Source of the DNA: Harriotta raleighana
Taxonomy: Eukaryota
Reading direction: 5' to 3'
DNA length: 64,000 nucleotides
NCBI GenBank assembly: GCA_050575255.1
Contig: JBNZDD010013732.1
Location: forward strand, 12,511,776 to 12,575,775
Position numbers and translations under genes: made by a program
In this document: piece by piece, positions 14,950-28,480 of the stretch
How the letters are laid out: every line of letters starts with the position of its first letter
Numbering within the stretch: position 1 is the first letter of the stretch
The notes under the pieces: model-generated
Told to the model about the DNA's origin: nothing
The model's input: the letters and a program-made list of their open reading frames with translations, nothing else
Database searches by the model: none

Positions 14950-15295
14950 ACACAACAACAAAAACGACAACTATAGCAACAAAAAAAATACACTTGTATA
15001 GTGGCTTTTACGTACAGGAGGCCGTCCCAAGGCACTGGACAGTCATTGTTTCAGACCTGAGCTGGGGTCGGGGACGGGGAGGGTTGAGAGAAAGAGGTAG
15101 ATTTGGGGCCACCGATGGAACCATCGAAGAGGTGGGTCTTGAGGCGGGACTTGAAGGAGTCCAGGGAGGGATCAAGGTGGAGGGACTGTGGGATGTCAGC
15201 CCAGACCCAGAATTTCAGAGGTTGGGGGCAGAGTGGCTGAAGGCTCGCCCGCCAATGGTGGGGTGGGTGAGTCGGGAGACGTAGAGCAGGCTGGA
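14950..15295 (-). mobile_element. L2 3' fragment
   Basis: CAA tail and L2 3' sequence shared with 38100-38437. Confidence 0.85.
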
Positions 15296-15389
15296 GCCTG
15301 CTGAGATTTAGAACAAGGGTCTAAAACAGTACATCTTGTTTGACCAATTTCATAGGCTATTTTGAAGAAGTGACAACTTAAATTGACTA

Positions 15390-15780
15390 TGCGGAGCCAC
15401 AATGCAAGATTTCCAAAAGGGATATCACATTAAAGCTGCTTCACAAACTGGTCTTAAAATTGAGGTCACTGGGCATCAAAGGCAAGACATCAATTCAGAA
15501 TTGGCTAAAGGGAAAAAAGACGAGTTTCTATTTGGTTAAAATGGAGGAGTTAGTAAGTTGTGTGTCCCAAGGGTCTGCATTGTAGCCCTCTTGATTCTTG
15601 TGTATATTACAACAATAACAACTTGCTTTCGTCTTGGTGAATCAAAGGAGATAGCAAAGGTCTTACAAGGAGAGCTTAATAGGGTAAGCTCATGGGCTGA
15701 TCATTGGCAATTTGATACAAATAAATGCAAAGTTCTACTACATATTGGAAGTAACAACACAAAACACACAGTAGATATTG
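15390..15780 (+). mobile_element. CR1 RT fragment
   Basis: Degenerate VPQGS region and LQGELNRVSSWADHWQFDTNKCKVLLHIG. Confidence 0.75.
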
Positions 15781-15957
15781 AGTAAATCTAGCGTTTCCTG
15801 TGCTTGTGCACTCCTCCCGACCCGAAAGGCACTCTATAAATGTAATTTTGTTATTGTTGTTGCTTATATCTACTCAGTCTTTACTAATATCTTGCATTTC
15901 AGACATGGAATGTTTTCTTCCACTGCTTGTGGTAAATGACAATATTTGTATGGATAT

Positions 15958-16360
15958 CAGATTGGCTCAGTTGGACAGCATTTTTACTTCTGGGCGAGAA
16001 GGCTGTGAGTTGAAGTCCCATGTTAGGACTTTGAGTTTATATGTCTAGGCTGACACCTCAGTGCAGTGATGGAGGAGAACAGCACTTCAAATGAGATGTT
16101 AACTGAGATTCCGTCTTCCTGGACTTTAAGAGCTTCCAGCAGTATTTGAATGGAGAAGAGAGTTGCTCCAGGTATTCCAGCAAACATTCCTCCTGATAAA
16201 AAAAACAGCCAATCACTTCTTTTGTGGGATATTGATATGTGTGAATTGACTGTCATGACACTACAAAGACAAATACAAAGACACTACACTTTACGGAAAC
16301 GTTATGAGCCGCTGTGAATGCTCTCATTGTATTAGGCTGTGTATAAAATGCAAGTATTTG
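15958..16360 (+). mobile_element. Old full-length Deu-domain SINE
   Basis: tRNA-like head tggctcagttgg, Deu core gagatgttaactgag, tail aaatgcaag. Confidence 0.7.
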
Positions 16361-17884
16361 ATTAATATTATCAAATATTAATAAATTCTTTGATATATGT
16401 GAATATACATATATGGAATTGGAAAATTACATAATTGAAACAAATCTGTTCAACTCAAGAACTGCGCTTTAAACCCTATATGCAATAATCCTTGCATTTG
16501 ATAGCTTCAAGACTTGGAAAAGTGTCACACGGGATTTTACTGTGATGAGTAGCGACTGTGTATTTGCAGGCAAACGAACAAATTTACCAGAAGATACTAA
16601 TATATATACAACTGTTCCCTGACACTTGTGAAACCTCTATTCAATAGAAAGTAACAGATGAACCATTCGCCGTAATTAATCTTATCCTCTCTAGAAAGAA
16701 ACATTGCAATGTATTACATCAAAATTCTGTTACTGTTAGCACCTTATTCTGCAGCAAATAAAATGTGTCTTTGATTGTGAGAATATGGAATGGTCTGCCC
16801 CAGAAGGCAATAGATTCAGAATAGACAGGGATGCTGAAAAGAAAGTCAGATATATTCTTGGAAAGAAAGGGTATTAAGGAATATGACTACAAGATGGGAC
16901 AATGGGATTAAAAGATCAGATACTTCCACATCATATACTGCATAGGCCTGATACACAAGCAAAGCTCCCTCAGCTCAGCCCTAACAGTACCTCTTAATTC
17001 CAACCTGAAAATATTAAGACCCATGGGTCAGTGAGATACATACACTTCCGACAGCAACCATCCTCATGGTGGCTGAATCAGAGTAGCAACTTAATACAGT
17101 ACTTGTTTTCTGTCTACGTTTAGGCAGGTTTGTGATAAGAGCATGTATCCACTATGAACAAAGTAGTAACTGTCTGAACTCGCTGTACACGGTACCAGAG
17201 AGAAATCAACACACAGTATTTGGGTTCAAATTGTGCTTTTTTGGGCGGGCGGGTGGGGAGTGGTGGGGAGGGTGTTGTTGGTGGGGATGGAGAGGTTTAA
17301 GTCCATGCTAAAGTGAATTACTGTGTTAACTCTGTTAACCAATAGTTGTAATCGCCTCTGAATATCTTTTAATATCATTTTTGTTGCTTTCTTCTTGTCA
17401 ATTTCGGTTGAATTTTTTTTTAAAAATCTCTTTTTGTTTCATTGGTGAATACTGTAGTGACAGACAGTGTCAGACACCCAGCTAACCAGAAAAAAATAGT
17501 GACTAGATACTTTAGAATTGATTGGCTCCACTGAAAGAGACATAACTAAAATAAGTTTGATGGGCTGAATTGGCCTCTTTCTGTGCAAAATAATTTTAAT
17601 GAATAGATGAGTGGACTTGCTGAAAGGAGATTTTGAAGCCAACGGCATTAACATACGTGGTTGAAATGACAAAATCACGCAGCACCTTGGATTAATGATG
17701 AGCAAATCTATTAATGTTAATTCAGCTCCCTCACACTGTCAGAATTAATAACTCCTCTTAGCCAGTTAAGTCCATTGTGCTTGCATATTCACTGACAAAA
17801 TAACAATTGCATGAAACGGATAGAAATGAATAGAAAAAAAGAAAAGATTCCCAACTCCAAACAATTTCTTTATAATAAAATTAA

Positions 17885-18128
17885 GCCTGTAGATCAGTGT
17901 TAGAGCACTCACTTCGCAAGCGGGGGACTTGGGTTTGATTCACGGCAGTGCGAAATATTGGGCAAGTTTCCTTACTCCACTTACCTAATAAGAATTCCTC
18001 AAAAAAAGTAATAATTTGGTCATTCAATCTATGACTGTTTGTGGGACACTGCTGAGCTCAATTGGCTGCCACGTTTTGCCCATCTAGAAGACATGAAAAG
18101 CACTATATAAAATGCAAGGATTATTATT
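17885..18128 (+). mobile_element. tRNA-headed SINE
   Basis: Family match with an internal deletion. Confidence 0.8.
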
Positions 18129-18473
18129 AAGACATCTGAAAGAGCTCCCCAGAATTTTGGTGTGAAGTGCAGTGACTGTGTACTGTATTTGTGTTTAAAT
18201 GTGCTGGCACAGATGAAATGTCACCTTTAAATAATTATTTCCATTGTCTACATGTATCTTAAGAAAAAGGGAGTGTTTTATTTCTCTGATACTGATAAAT
18301 CCTCCTTCCCCTCAATGACCATTCATCAAAATATTTTATGTGCACTACATTATTCTTTAATATATTCTTTTAATATATTCACCCACAAAATACAGTCCAA
18401 ACCACTTTATTGTATTTCCTGTGAAGCGCTCTGAGAATTTTCGAAGATGTGACAAGACGCTCTATCAAATGCA

Positions 18474-19575
18474 AGTTAACCCTTGTCGATTGCGGGGGTT
18501 ACGTTCCTGGAAAACTGCGCACTCAATGAAATTGTAGTAATGGGAAAAGGGGGGTTAGGAGAATTCAGTCGCAGGCTACCCGCCTCAAACCTCCAAGCAC
18601 ATCTGATGCAAGGTACCTAGCGAGGCGGGCTACAGCTGGCTGGCCCGCTCCTTGCTTCGCCCGCCTCTCCCAGCTCTGTTGCTTCCCCCTTCCCACCCCA
18701 CTCTTCCTGCTCTTGTCTCTCCTACCACCTGGGAAGTGGGCAAATCAGGGCAGCCTGGGAGGGAGGCAGAGAGAAATCAGGGAGAGCAGCGGGTGAGCAG
18801 GCGGGGAGGGAACAGAGAGAGACGCTCGGGGGCGGGGGGCAGCGAGCCACTCGGAGTCAGGGGCGGACTTGGAGAGATGGGGGCAGCGAGCTGCTCAGAG
18901 GCAGGGGGGACTCAGGGAGGTGAGGGGCAGCAAGCCACTTGGAGGCCTCAGGGAGGTGGGGGGCAGCGAGCCGCTCAGAAGTGGGAGGGACTCATGGAGG
19001 TGGGGGGCAGAGAGCCACTCGGAGGCGGGAGGGGACTTGGGGAAATGGAGGACAGAGAACCGCTCTTGGGCACGTGGGGGGCAGAGTGCTGCAGGTGTTC
19101 GGGACAGGAGACACAGAAAGATTACAGTGGCTTTGTTATTACTTTATTCCTATAATAAAGTGATAACAACGCAGTAAAGCAATAAAATAAAGCAATAAAA
19201 CAGGGTAGATTAGCCAACGTTACTGTACAATCCTGTCTCTCTGTCTCTTCTGTTTACCATGCAAGGCAATAAGGTTCTCCGAGGCCAAAGCGTAATTGTA
19301 TTTACCCAGGAATGCATTGTGTGCGGGGCCAGCCAGCCGAGGAATCATCGACTTTAATCAGGATCTGCCGGTCTCATCATCTGCCATGTGCGCGTGACCA
19401 GCCAGCCAAGGAATCATTGGATGCTATCGGCATCTTCACCCGTGCACAAGCGCACGGGGGCCATCCAGTTCATATACACAAGTTTTTCGCTTGCTGCACA
19501 AAAAAATGATGCTTTGTTTCGTAGCGTATACTTGAACTCACAATCGATAAAGTCGCCTTCGACGAGGGTTAACTG
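18474..19575. mobile_element. Tigger-like non-autonomous element with an internal minisatellite
   Basis: TIRs AGTTAACCCTTGTCGA / TCGACGAGGGTTAACTG-TA. Its 5' part is shared with 36246-36827. Confidence 0.8.
18829..19095 (+). repeat. G-rich minisatellite, about 6-7 units of about 30-45 bp
   Basis: Recurrent GGGGGCAGCGAGCC(A/G)CTC unit. Confidence 0.85.
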
Positions 19576-22500
19576 TATTTTGTTTTGCTTTTTTTTAAAA
19601 ACTGTCTGAAAAGAGGGAAAGAAGCACATCATTCAGTGGAGATCCAGGTTCGTAGTAGGAATAGGAAGCTGTTAACACTTACAAGGTTTAGGGACTACCA
19701 CCTATAAACTTTTAGGAGTTTGTTTCAGAGTCATATCTAGTATTAGAAATAATTCTAAGAATGGAAATCAGGTATCAGCCTAATTCAACTGATAGCACTG
19801 TTGTCACTGAGTGAGAAGCTTATGGGTTCAAGGTGCAAGTCAGGTAAGGCCAAGCTCCTGAAGCGAAAGGTACTATACAAATGTAAATGTGTTGTTGTTG
19901 ATCTCATAGCCTAGGCTGACACTTCCATCCAGTTCTGGTGGAGCACTGCATTGTCAGAGGTGCCATTCTTAAAAAAAACTGCCTGGTCGGGTGGATGTTA
20001 AATTCCCATGGCATTTCTCGAAAAGAGAAGAGAATTTCTCCCAATGTGCTCACCAACATTCTTTCAGATAAAACCAATCATTCGCTATGTTTTCTGTTTG
20101 AAGGACATTGTTGTGATCGAATAAGCCACCCCCATTCACCTCCAAATACACTCATTCTGGTTTACAATAAATCTGGTGGTGCTTTGAAACGTTTGTTGAT
20201 GTGATAAATGCAATAATTTTTATTGTCAAAAGGATCGTTAGATGTTCTTATACCTGCAAATAAAGACACCTCAGTTTTTAAATCCTTACAAGGATGGAGT
20301 AAAGGTAATAGAAACTATGAAGGAAAAACAAAAAAGTTTAATAAACTACAAGAATGAAGAAAACCAACGAGAAAGTAAATTAAGAATTAAATGATGCACG
20401 GTGAAGTATGAAAGAAACAGTAAAAATGAGAAACACGAAATGGAATAATCAGAGATCTTCATAAAGGACGACACAAAATAATCAGATGTGATTAAATTCT
20501 CTTATCTCTGGAGGCTGTACAGGTCACAAGTGAAATGAGTTCTGAAAATCTCATTCCATCTCCCAAAGGATGACTTCAGAGCATGAAACTGCTATAAATT
20601 TACCAACAACAGGGATTCATTTACAAGTCTTGGTCTCGGAGACTGTGGGATGTGCAACAAGAACTGAACTGCTGCCCTGGACTTTGTAGGAGGTGCTCTT
20701 CTGAATAGGGGGCTGAGATGGCTTTGGGGGTAACAGCAATGATACAAAGAACCACAATTGCAGTTAACTAGATCTGGAGAGTGCTTGACACTGATATGTA
20801 AATCGCAAAGGACTCATTTCTCCATACTGTAACCCTTTACCTATGGTACAGAAAAGGGTAAAAAGAAACCTATGGTTGACAAAAGTAGATACAAAGGTTT
20901 TGGTAATTTAAAATGGAAGGAAAGCTAATGCTAAAATGATTAGACTCAATAGGCACTATAAAAACCATTAATGATCAGACGTTTTCATATGATTTGTCTG
21001 GACCATGAATTTTTCATAAGTCTGTGGGGCAAATCAATGTCAATTTTATACAAAATCAGCAGCAGTTATGGGCCACTGATAAAGAGGGAGAAGTGGAACA
21101 CACAGTCGCTTAGGCCTTTACAATTCACAAAGCCTTTTGCAGATCTAGAAATATTTATGTTACCACAAAAACTCCACAGATAACTATTTCTAGAGACCAC
21201 TGTGGAGAGCTGTTTTATGTGACTGATCGATCCACAAGCATTTTGCCACTAGGACTTTGTCTAAAAACATAGCTTATCTGGATCAACTTGGAAGTCAGAC
21301 ATATCTTTGGAGTACCGAGTCACCCTTTCTATCAGAAGTGGCCGTTAGTCAATGGCTTTTACAGTTCCTTCAAAACGTAGATTGATTTTCTTTCACTTTT
21401 ACTTTTGAGTCAGTTAACACATTTTGCTTCCAAGTTAAGTTCGATTTGCTGCATTAGCAGTGCTAATTCTTTATTTTAAGTTTGAAAAGGTAACAACTTT
21501 GTGTAATAAATCATCATGAGTTTTCTTTGGTGCTAATATATATTTCCTGCAAAGTAATAAAACCTAAGAAATAGAATATAGGGGTAAAAAAAAATGTGGC
21601 GATGTGATGCATGTTACACATTTGTTTCACTCCAGTTATGTCGTAACTCTTTGCAAGTTAAATTATTTTTCCAGCATTTTCTAGTAGTCAAATACACTCT
21701 AAAATTATATAGTAGTGGAAATTCCACCTGGGGTCAAGATTGACTCTTAGTATTTCAAAACCTGCCAGAATTTGGCAAATTGTTGATTTCAGTCTTAACT
21801 TTGAATCTGTTTTTCTGTTGTAGTTCTTAAAAGAATTGATAGAAAGGTAGTTTCAAAATTATAAATATGCGTTAGCCAGTATCAGACTTAGATGGGGTAT
21901 TATGGAAGAACTATTATGCTCAGAGGATGTTGGGAATGTGAAACCTGCCAAGAGTCACAGAAAGTATCAATGTTTTTTAAGAGGAAACATGACGCATACA
22001 TGAAGGAGGAGACACAAGAATATGAGAGGAGGGATTAGGTGGGATGGAGGCTCATGTGGAGCATAAATACCATCACAGACAAGTTGGTTCAAATGGCCTA
22101 TTTTCAATATGTACAGTCCAGGCAACTAAAGCTATATTTTAAGAATTCTGCGTGCTCAGAAATGAGAAGGAAATAGCACAAACTTAGACTCGGGTGGAAT
22201 TTCTGTCCACACTGTCTCCAATCCCAATCAGCAGGATTGCTGAAAAACATTTGCACCATACAGAACACTTGCGAAGTAACTATAAATAATGATCGCACAA
22301 TTGTGCAGGTGCTCTTTAGACTTACGTGGCACGTTAGATTATGGGATTGATCATTGTGTTCAGTAACAGTTGTTATGGCAGTCATGCATGACTGCAGTTA
22401 CTCCCAACTGTCCTTTCATAACTATTCCCAGCACATCACAAAATAGGCCAAAATGAACCACATAGGTTCGAATACGCTATTAACCTACTTCCTAAGTTGG

Positions 22501-23019
22501 TGCAACTTATAAATGAGTGTGACTTTTTTGTCAGTCTGGTTCAAAATTTAGGAAACAGCCGTTACAGACTTAAAGAAGATGAACTGTATTATTACAGTCC
22601 TTTGCACCTGCAATCAATCTTATTTTAATTTGTACAAGGTGCCAGCTTTTCCCATTACCTTTAACCCGTAAAACACAACTGTTGCTTTTAGATTTATTAT
22701 CAGCAATACTCCATTCAAAGCATTTTTTTTAAAGAAAGTTCAGAGTATTAATTGTTTTGCACTATCTGAAACACAAAGAAAGTCAAAGCAATGAATATTG
22801 AGTGGCACAAAGCCAGAATTGGAATATTACTTTGAGTTAACACGTACTTGCAATAAGAATGATGTACCAACCATCCTGGAAGCTTGAGTTAATGCTCACA
22901 CAGATAATTACAATTGAAATTTCTGATAGTAAGAAGACCAACTCAGGCCTCAAATTGACTTGACTCTCTTCAAAATGATGTGAATGATCTATTTTTGTGT
23001 GAAATCAAGGATAGTGCGG

Positions 23020-23600
23020 CAGTCTGGTTCAGTTGGTAGCACTCTCATCTCTGAGTTGGAAGGTTACAGGTTCAAACCCCACATTGGGATTGGGAACCCA
23101 TATAGTCTCTGATGAAACTCCAATGCAAAGCTGTGAGTGTGTGGTAATGTCAGAGGTGTCGTACTTTGCATGAGATGTTAAACTGAGGTCCCATTTAGCT
23201 GTCTGGATGGATATTAAAGATGCCAAGGTACTATTCAAAGAGAGAAGTTTTTCCTGGGATCCTGGCAAACAATCCCCAAAATAAAATTAGTTTGGGGGAA
23301 TTTGGGTGTTGCATCCTGAAGCTGTAATGACAAAACTTTAACTTGTAAACCAAACCTTTAGGCATATTTGTTCTCCCAGCATCTTGGGATGTCCTTCTGA
23401 TGTGAAAGGTGCTATACAAGTGTAATTTTGTTGTTCATTCACTCCACAACTGTTTGAGGAACATTGCTATGTGTAGATTGACTGCCACATTTGCCCAGAA
23501 AATAGACATACACTCCATTTTACAGTAAAATCCCATTCTGTGCTTTGAGCATTCGTGATGACATGATAAGATCCTACATCAAATGTAAGGATTATTATTA
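23020..23600 (+). mobile_element. Old Deu-domain SINE interrupted by a composite insertion
   Basis: Head and Deu core at 23020-23290, insert at 23291-23435, SINE body resumes at 23436. Confidence 0.8.
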
Positions 23601-26169
23601 CATACAGCAGTTCAATTCCAAAAGTATACACAGGACTGTGTTGTTGAGTGGAATTCTCACATGAAGCAGGTTACAATATGACAGAGGACTAACTCAGATA
23701 TTGTTGGGAGATCAAAGTACACATCACCAGAATAAGTATTGTTTTGCTGCATTTGGCCCTTCTACAATCCATCTAGAATTTTTATCACTTATTTAGGTTC
23801 AGTTATTGGTTTTGAGAGCATAATCTATTGTATACAGGGTGCAAGACTGTATCCTACCCTCGGTAAGTGAGCGACATTATGGGTTATTGTGTTTCCCTAT
23901 GGCCATTCAATAGGAGTCTGCACTGTGCTGTGTGGCAACATGACAACGCAGAGCACACACAAGGCCCACGGTTAGCTAGAGAGAGGCACCAAAATAAGGC
24001 CAATCATTTGGCGAGCCATAAAAACCTTTGTTCTCAATACTTTACAATTACATGCATTCCTCAATGGGCTCTTTAACAGGAATGCCTGACTGGCAACATA
24101 TTAGTGACCCAAATGCCTATAACATACTAACAGCTGCCTTAAGGGATCATATGACTGTGGAGCATCTGAAATGTACGAGATAATTTGAGATGGTGTACTG
24201 CCACCAACTATGCCTAAAGGTTTGGTTTACCAAGTTATAGTTTTGTCATTACAGTCGAAGGATGCAACACCCAAATTCCTGAGCTCCGTGTGAGATAGAG
24301 ACTTTGCACACACCATCTGTTTTGCATAAATTGTCAATGTGGCCATCAATTTGCACCACTAGAAGGAATATCTGGGAGACCTTAAACATATGTTGCCAAA
24401 GAGGCCCTAGGCTGTCATTGAAAAAAAAACTGAGTTCAGCAAGGCAACAGATTATCCCAGTAGAGAAGACTGCCAGATCTTATAATGATGAATCCTGACA
24501 GCATTCCTCTGCCCAGTAGTGTAAAGATTTACACCGGTTTGTCTATCTGGCATTTTGTTTTTCTGACATCCAGTTATGCCGATTTTCTATTTCCTACTTT
24601 AAGGGCACCATTCAAAAAAGAATGGTCCTAGCAAAGGAAATAAAGGGACTAATGGAGCCAGCCAGCAGAAAAGCTTTGGGTTCCAGCAACTCAGAACTAG
24701 CAAAACTAGATCCAGAATAAACACTTGTATTTAATGAATTGCACTGGTCAACCAAACCAGTGACCAGATATGTAGAAAAACTGTACAGAAAATAAATTGA
24801 TGGTTGAATTATATATAAAAAAAACAATTCTGTCATGGGAAATATCAGGGCACAATGAGGGAAAGGAACAATGATAAATAATGCCTATGTATCTATTTTC
24901 CCCTTAGGATGAAGTATTTAAAGACAAAAGAAAAGATAAATTGATACAGAGAATAATAAATATGCAGAAAAAGCAGATGTGTCATTAGATAATATGAAGA
25001 CTAAACATGGGTTGGAATAATGTATCCACTGTGAATGTGTTGAACGATCTTAGCAACCAGCAACTATAAAGAGAGGTTGATGAAGTTGGGGTGAAACTGA
25101 TGATGCAGGAATATTTATGTTTGCACCATACGTGCGTACGGCTAAAGCAATGCAACCTGGGTCTTTTCTCGACTTGAAAGCATGATCACAAAAGAGACAT
25201 GGGTGGAAAAGAGTCTTTGAATCATCTGACCTCATCCTTCCAGAATCCCCACCCAACCATCTTCCCATAACAGCAATTCCCTAAAGGATTTAAGGATAAA
25301 GAAAAGATAAATTGACACAGAAGATAATGAACATACAGAAAAAGCAGACATGTCATTAGATGCTACTAAGACCAATTGCAATTTAGTCAAAGTCAAACGT
25401 TCTGAGATGCCCTCCCACCGCGAAAGCATAAATGTAAATTGCATTGTAAATTGTATTGCATTAAGACATTACTGAGAGAGGATTCCAGGGTCCTGGCCTC
25501 CACCATGATTCTCTTGTAACCCATTCAGCTATCATTTACCCTCTCTGTACAGAAATAATTCCTGGCATCTGTCAAAAAATTTGCCCTTCACAACCCTGAC
25601 CTCCTCTTGATCCAACGGGAGATAATCAAGCAAAGAAGTATTCTATAGCAGCAGGAAGATAAGATGGTAAACATCAACGGTTTATTGTGAATCAATAATC
25701 CAGAATATTCAGTATTAACGGTAAATTTTAACAATTTTTTAACTTAAACATTAACTTATCCAATGTTGGTGTAATTAGCTGTAATTAATATCCAATTAGC
25801 TGATAACCTGATTACCCTGTTAGTTTATTGAAGAGCAAACATCAATATCAAGTCTCATTTTGAAACAAATTAAACCAGAAGAAACTACGATTAGACAGGT
25901 CTGGTATATTTTTGTGAACGACATTCCATAACTTTGATTTAATTGGAGAATACGAATTACAGTATATAATTGAAAGTGTTTGTTTCAAAGGTGTTTAATA
26001 ACCATACACAAGGAAGAGTTACAATTATACAAAAACTCTAACGAGTTAATGACTATACTTTCCTGATTCTCCCACATTGTCAGGCTAAGGAAATCTTTCA
26101 AGTGGATTCTCCCACTTTTGCCATTGGAACTAAATCTATTTAGAATTCAAAATACAGTAAATAGACTCA

Positions 26170-27090
26170 AAGGAAGAGATGCGTATGAGATTTCTGATGA
26201 GTCAGCCTTTGATGTTTGGAGTTAAATCTAGACTAGAAGCTGGGATGAAATTCTACTCCCCCAATTAATTCTCAGGGTTCTATACAAATTGGGTTTGCTT
26301 TGCAATTGCAAATTCCCTTCAAAGTCCTGAGAAGCTTAAGTGTGCGATATGGGCAGATTTTTATCATTGCAAATACTAACTAATTAATGGACACCAGTGC
26401 CCAGCCCAAACTGTGGCTGTTCATTGCTGAACGTGGGGTAGCATAATCTCAAATTTGCAGGATTTCTTAACGAGATCAAGAAAGAACACAAAATGTACTC
26501 ATTCTGTTCATTCTCATGCTAAATTGTAAAATACACCAAGTTTATATAGGTTTGAAAGGGAAATTCAAGAATTATATAAATCCACTGTCACTCTCAATCT
26601 CCACGTGGCACAGCTCATTGGAGAAATCTAGAATTGAAAATTAAACAGGAGTTTTAAAAACAACAACAACTTGTATTTTAAAATCTATTGGGATTATCAT
26701 TTGTTTGCCATCCAGTAAACATAGCACCAGCCTAGCAATACTTGAGGGAGGAGATGAAACAATTTGTTAGTTAGCATCAGCCCTCCATAAGCGAGGAGCG
26801 AGAATGAACAAATGCAGTTATATTGTCAGCAAAGAAGTCATGAACTCAGACTTAGTTGCTGTCAGAATGGAGCGCAATTGTGTAGAATGGAATAAGAGCA
26901 GTTTTGTTTATTTTTCTGAGAACAAAACACCAGACTTTTATTTTGCAATGGTTTACAAGTACGATTCAATCATATAGTATGACATGAGCTAAAGTGGCTT
27001 GATCTCTTTTGGAAAGGGCAGCTTTTTTTATTAGAAGTGAAGAGTTAATTCTTCCGCACCATCCATGCCATCCCCAGACTTGCCAAAACA
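26170..27090 (+). pseudogene. vWA plus Cys-rich (ephrin-receptor-like) segment of the fossil
   Basis: FL/DES (26191-26204), MKF..FSGF..FAI, KCAI (26338-26349), SRKNTK-VLILF (26476-26509, 1-nt frameshift), LASALHK (26771-26791), CSY (26813-26821), GLQ-YD (26950-26965), PCHPQTCQ (27063-27086). Confidence 0.5.
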
Positions 27091-27981
27091 CAAACAGTAC
27101 TGATGCCCTCTGTCAGATGTGATAAATTCATAGCAATTCATCTTGACTGTCTTATTCTTCCACAAATCAAACCAATCTTTTCAACCTGATGGGAGTTAAC
27201 TCACAGGTGGCATGGCAATGTTTACACTAGCAGATGTTGTCCATAACTAATATGGTTAAGTTGTAGGAGCGATGGAATTTGCAACTCACCAACTCTGGCT
27301 ATTTTATGGTCAAATTTGCAGGATTTCTTAACGAGACCAAGAAAGAACACAAAATGTACTCATTCTGTTCATTCTCATGCTAACGTGTTCACTCATGATA
27401 TAATCAGATGCTCTTTTTGAATCATTTCTTAAATGGCCTGCACTGTTGCTATTCTATGTTAAAGCTGGAGTGAAATTTAACATTTTTGATTGTCTCACAT
27501 GGAGTTCTCCATTCTTGGAGCAAGATGTCCTGGTATCTTGCTTCTCGCTGTGTCCTGGCCAACAATCTCCCACATAAAATTGGTCATTGACTTCATGGCT
27601 GTTTGTGTTGCTATGCCTGGGCACAAACTGACTGACACAATAAAATATTAGCACTGCTGACAATTAAATAGAGTTAATGCATCAACGTTGTAGAACAGTG
27701 CCAGATCTTTGGTGCTTTTGCAAGTGCAAAAGTCAAACTGCAAAAGACAAATTGTCGATTTAAAAACATTACAGATAATCACTGCAATTTTATTGATGGC
27801 ATTAAGTTACCCACTGAAATTGCCCACTACATGGCATAAAGCAACAGGATGAAAAATGTGTCTTAGTTTACATTTTCAACCAGTTTAAAGTCATTGAAAT
27901 GTATGAATTGAAGTTCCACAACATTCATTCTAAATAACAATGTGATAGTGGTACAGTACACCAATCATTTTCTCTATTGAT

Positions 27982-28480
27982 GTACTGCAGAACACCCACA
28001 CCAGAAATAGCTATAGTCATTTTGGATACAGAAAAGGATCTGAATTGTTTTGTATACATAAGTCAACTTTGAAATGGGGCATGTTAAACTTTTACCAAAT
28101 TCATAGAATACAACAGTGTAATTTTTTTTCAATGAACATTCTGATGTGTACTTTTTACACGACATGCTCTGTATACTGTGTATCTCGGATATTGTGGTGG
28201 GCAATAGTTCTGCTTGTTCTTGTGGATGCCAAAGTTCCCATATCAGGAATCCTTTATCCGTGTTGGTGTCTCGGAGTGCTGTGCTGCAGTGGGGTTGGAT
28301 CTTGGGCAAGAGATAAGGGACAGGTGATCATATGCATTGTTAAATAGGTAAGGATTCGGGTAAAATTTAATGATAGATAAAGAGGGGTCAAGCCATAGAG
28401 TTTGAGCCAGGTTAGGGGTCCATGGTAGAAGGCACATTCTCCAATGTCAGCATGGAAGGATCAAGCGACATGGCTGCATT
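27982..28480 (+). pseudogene. Three degenerate sushi/CCP domains followed by a HYR-like remnant
   Basis: The frame of ORF 28045..28347 reads VLQNT..HFGYRKGSELFC..W..YTTCSVYCVS and VLCCSGVGSWARDKGQVIIC. Other frames supply GY/VVGNSS and QESFIRVGVSE, then IDKEGSS..SNVS-WKD. Confidence 0.5.

Noticed and set aside
18652-19177. Gly-rich ORFs
   Set aside because: Produced by a G-rich minisatellite inside a MITE.
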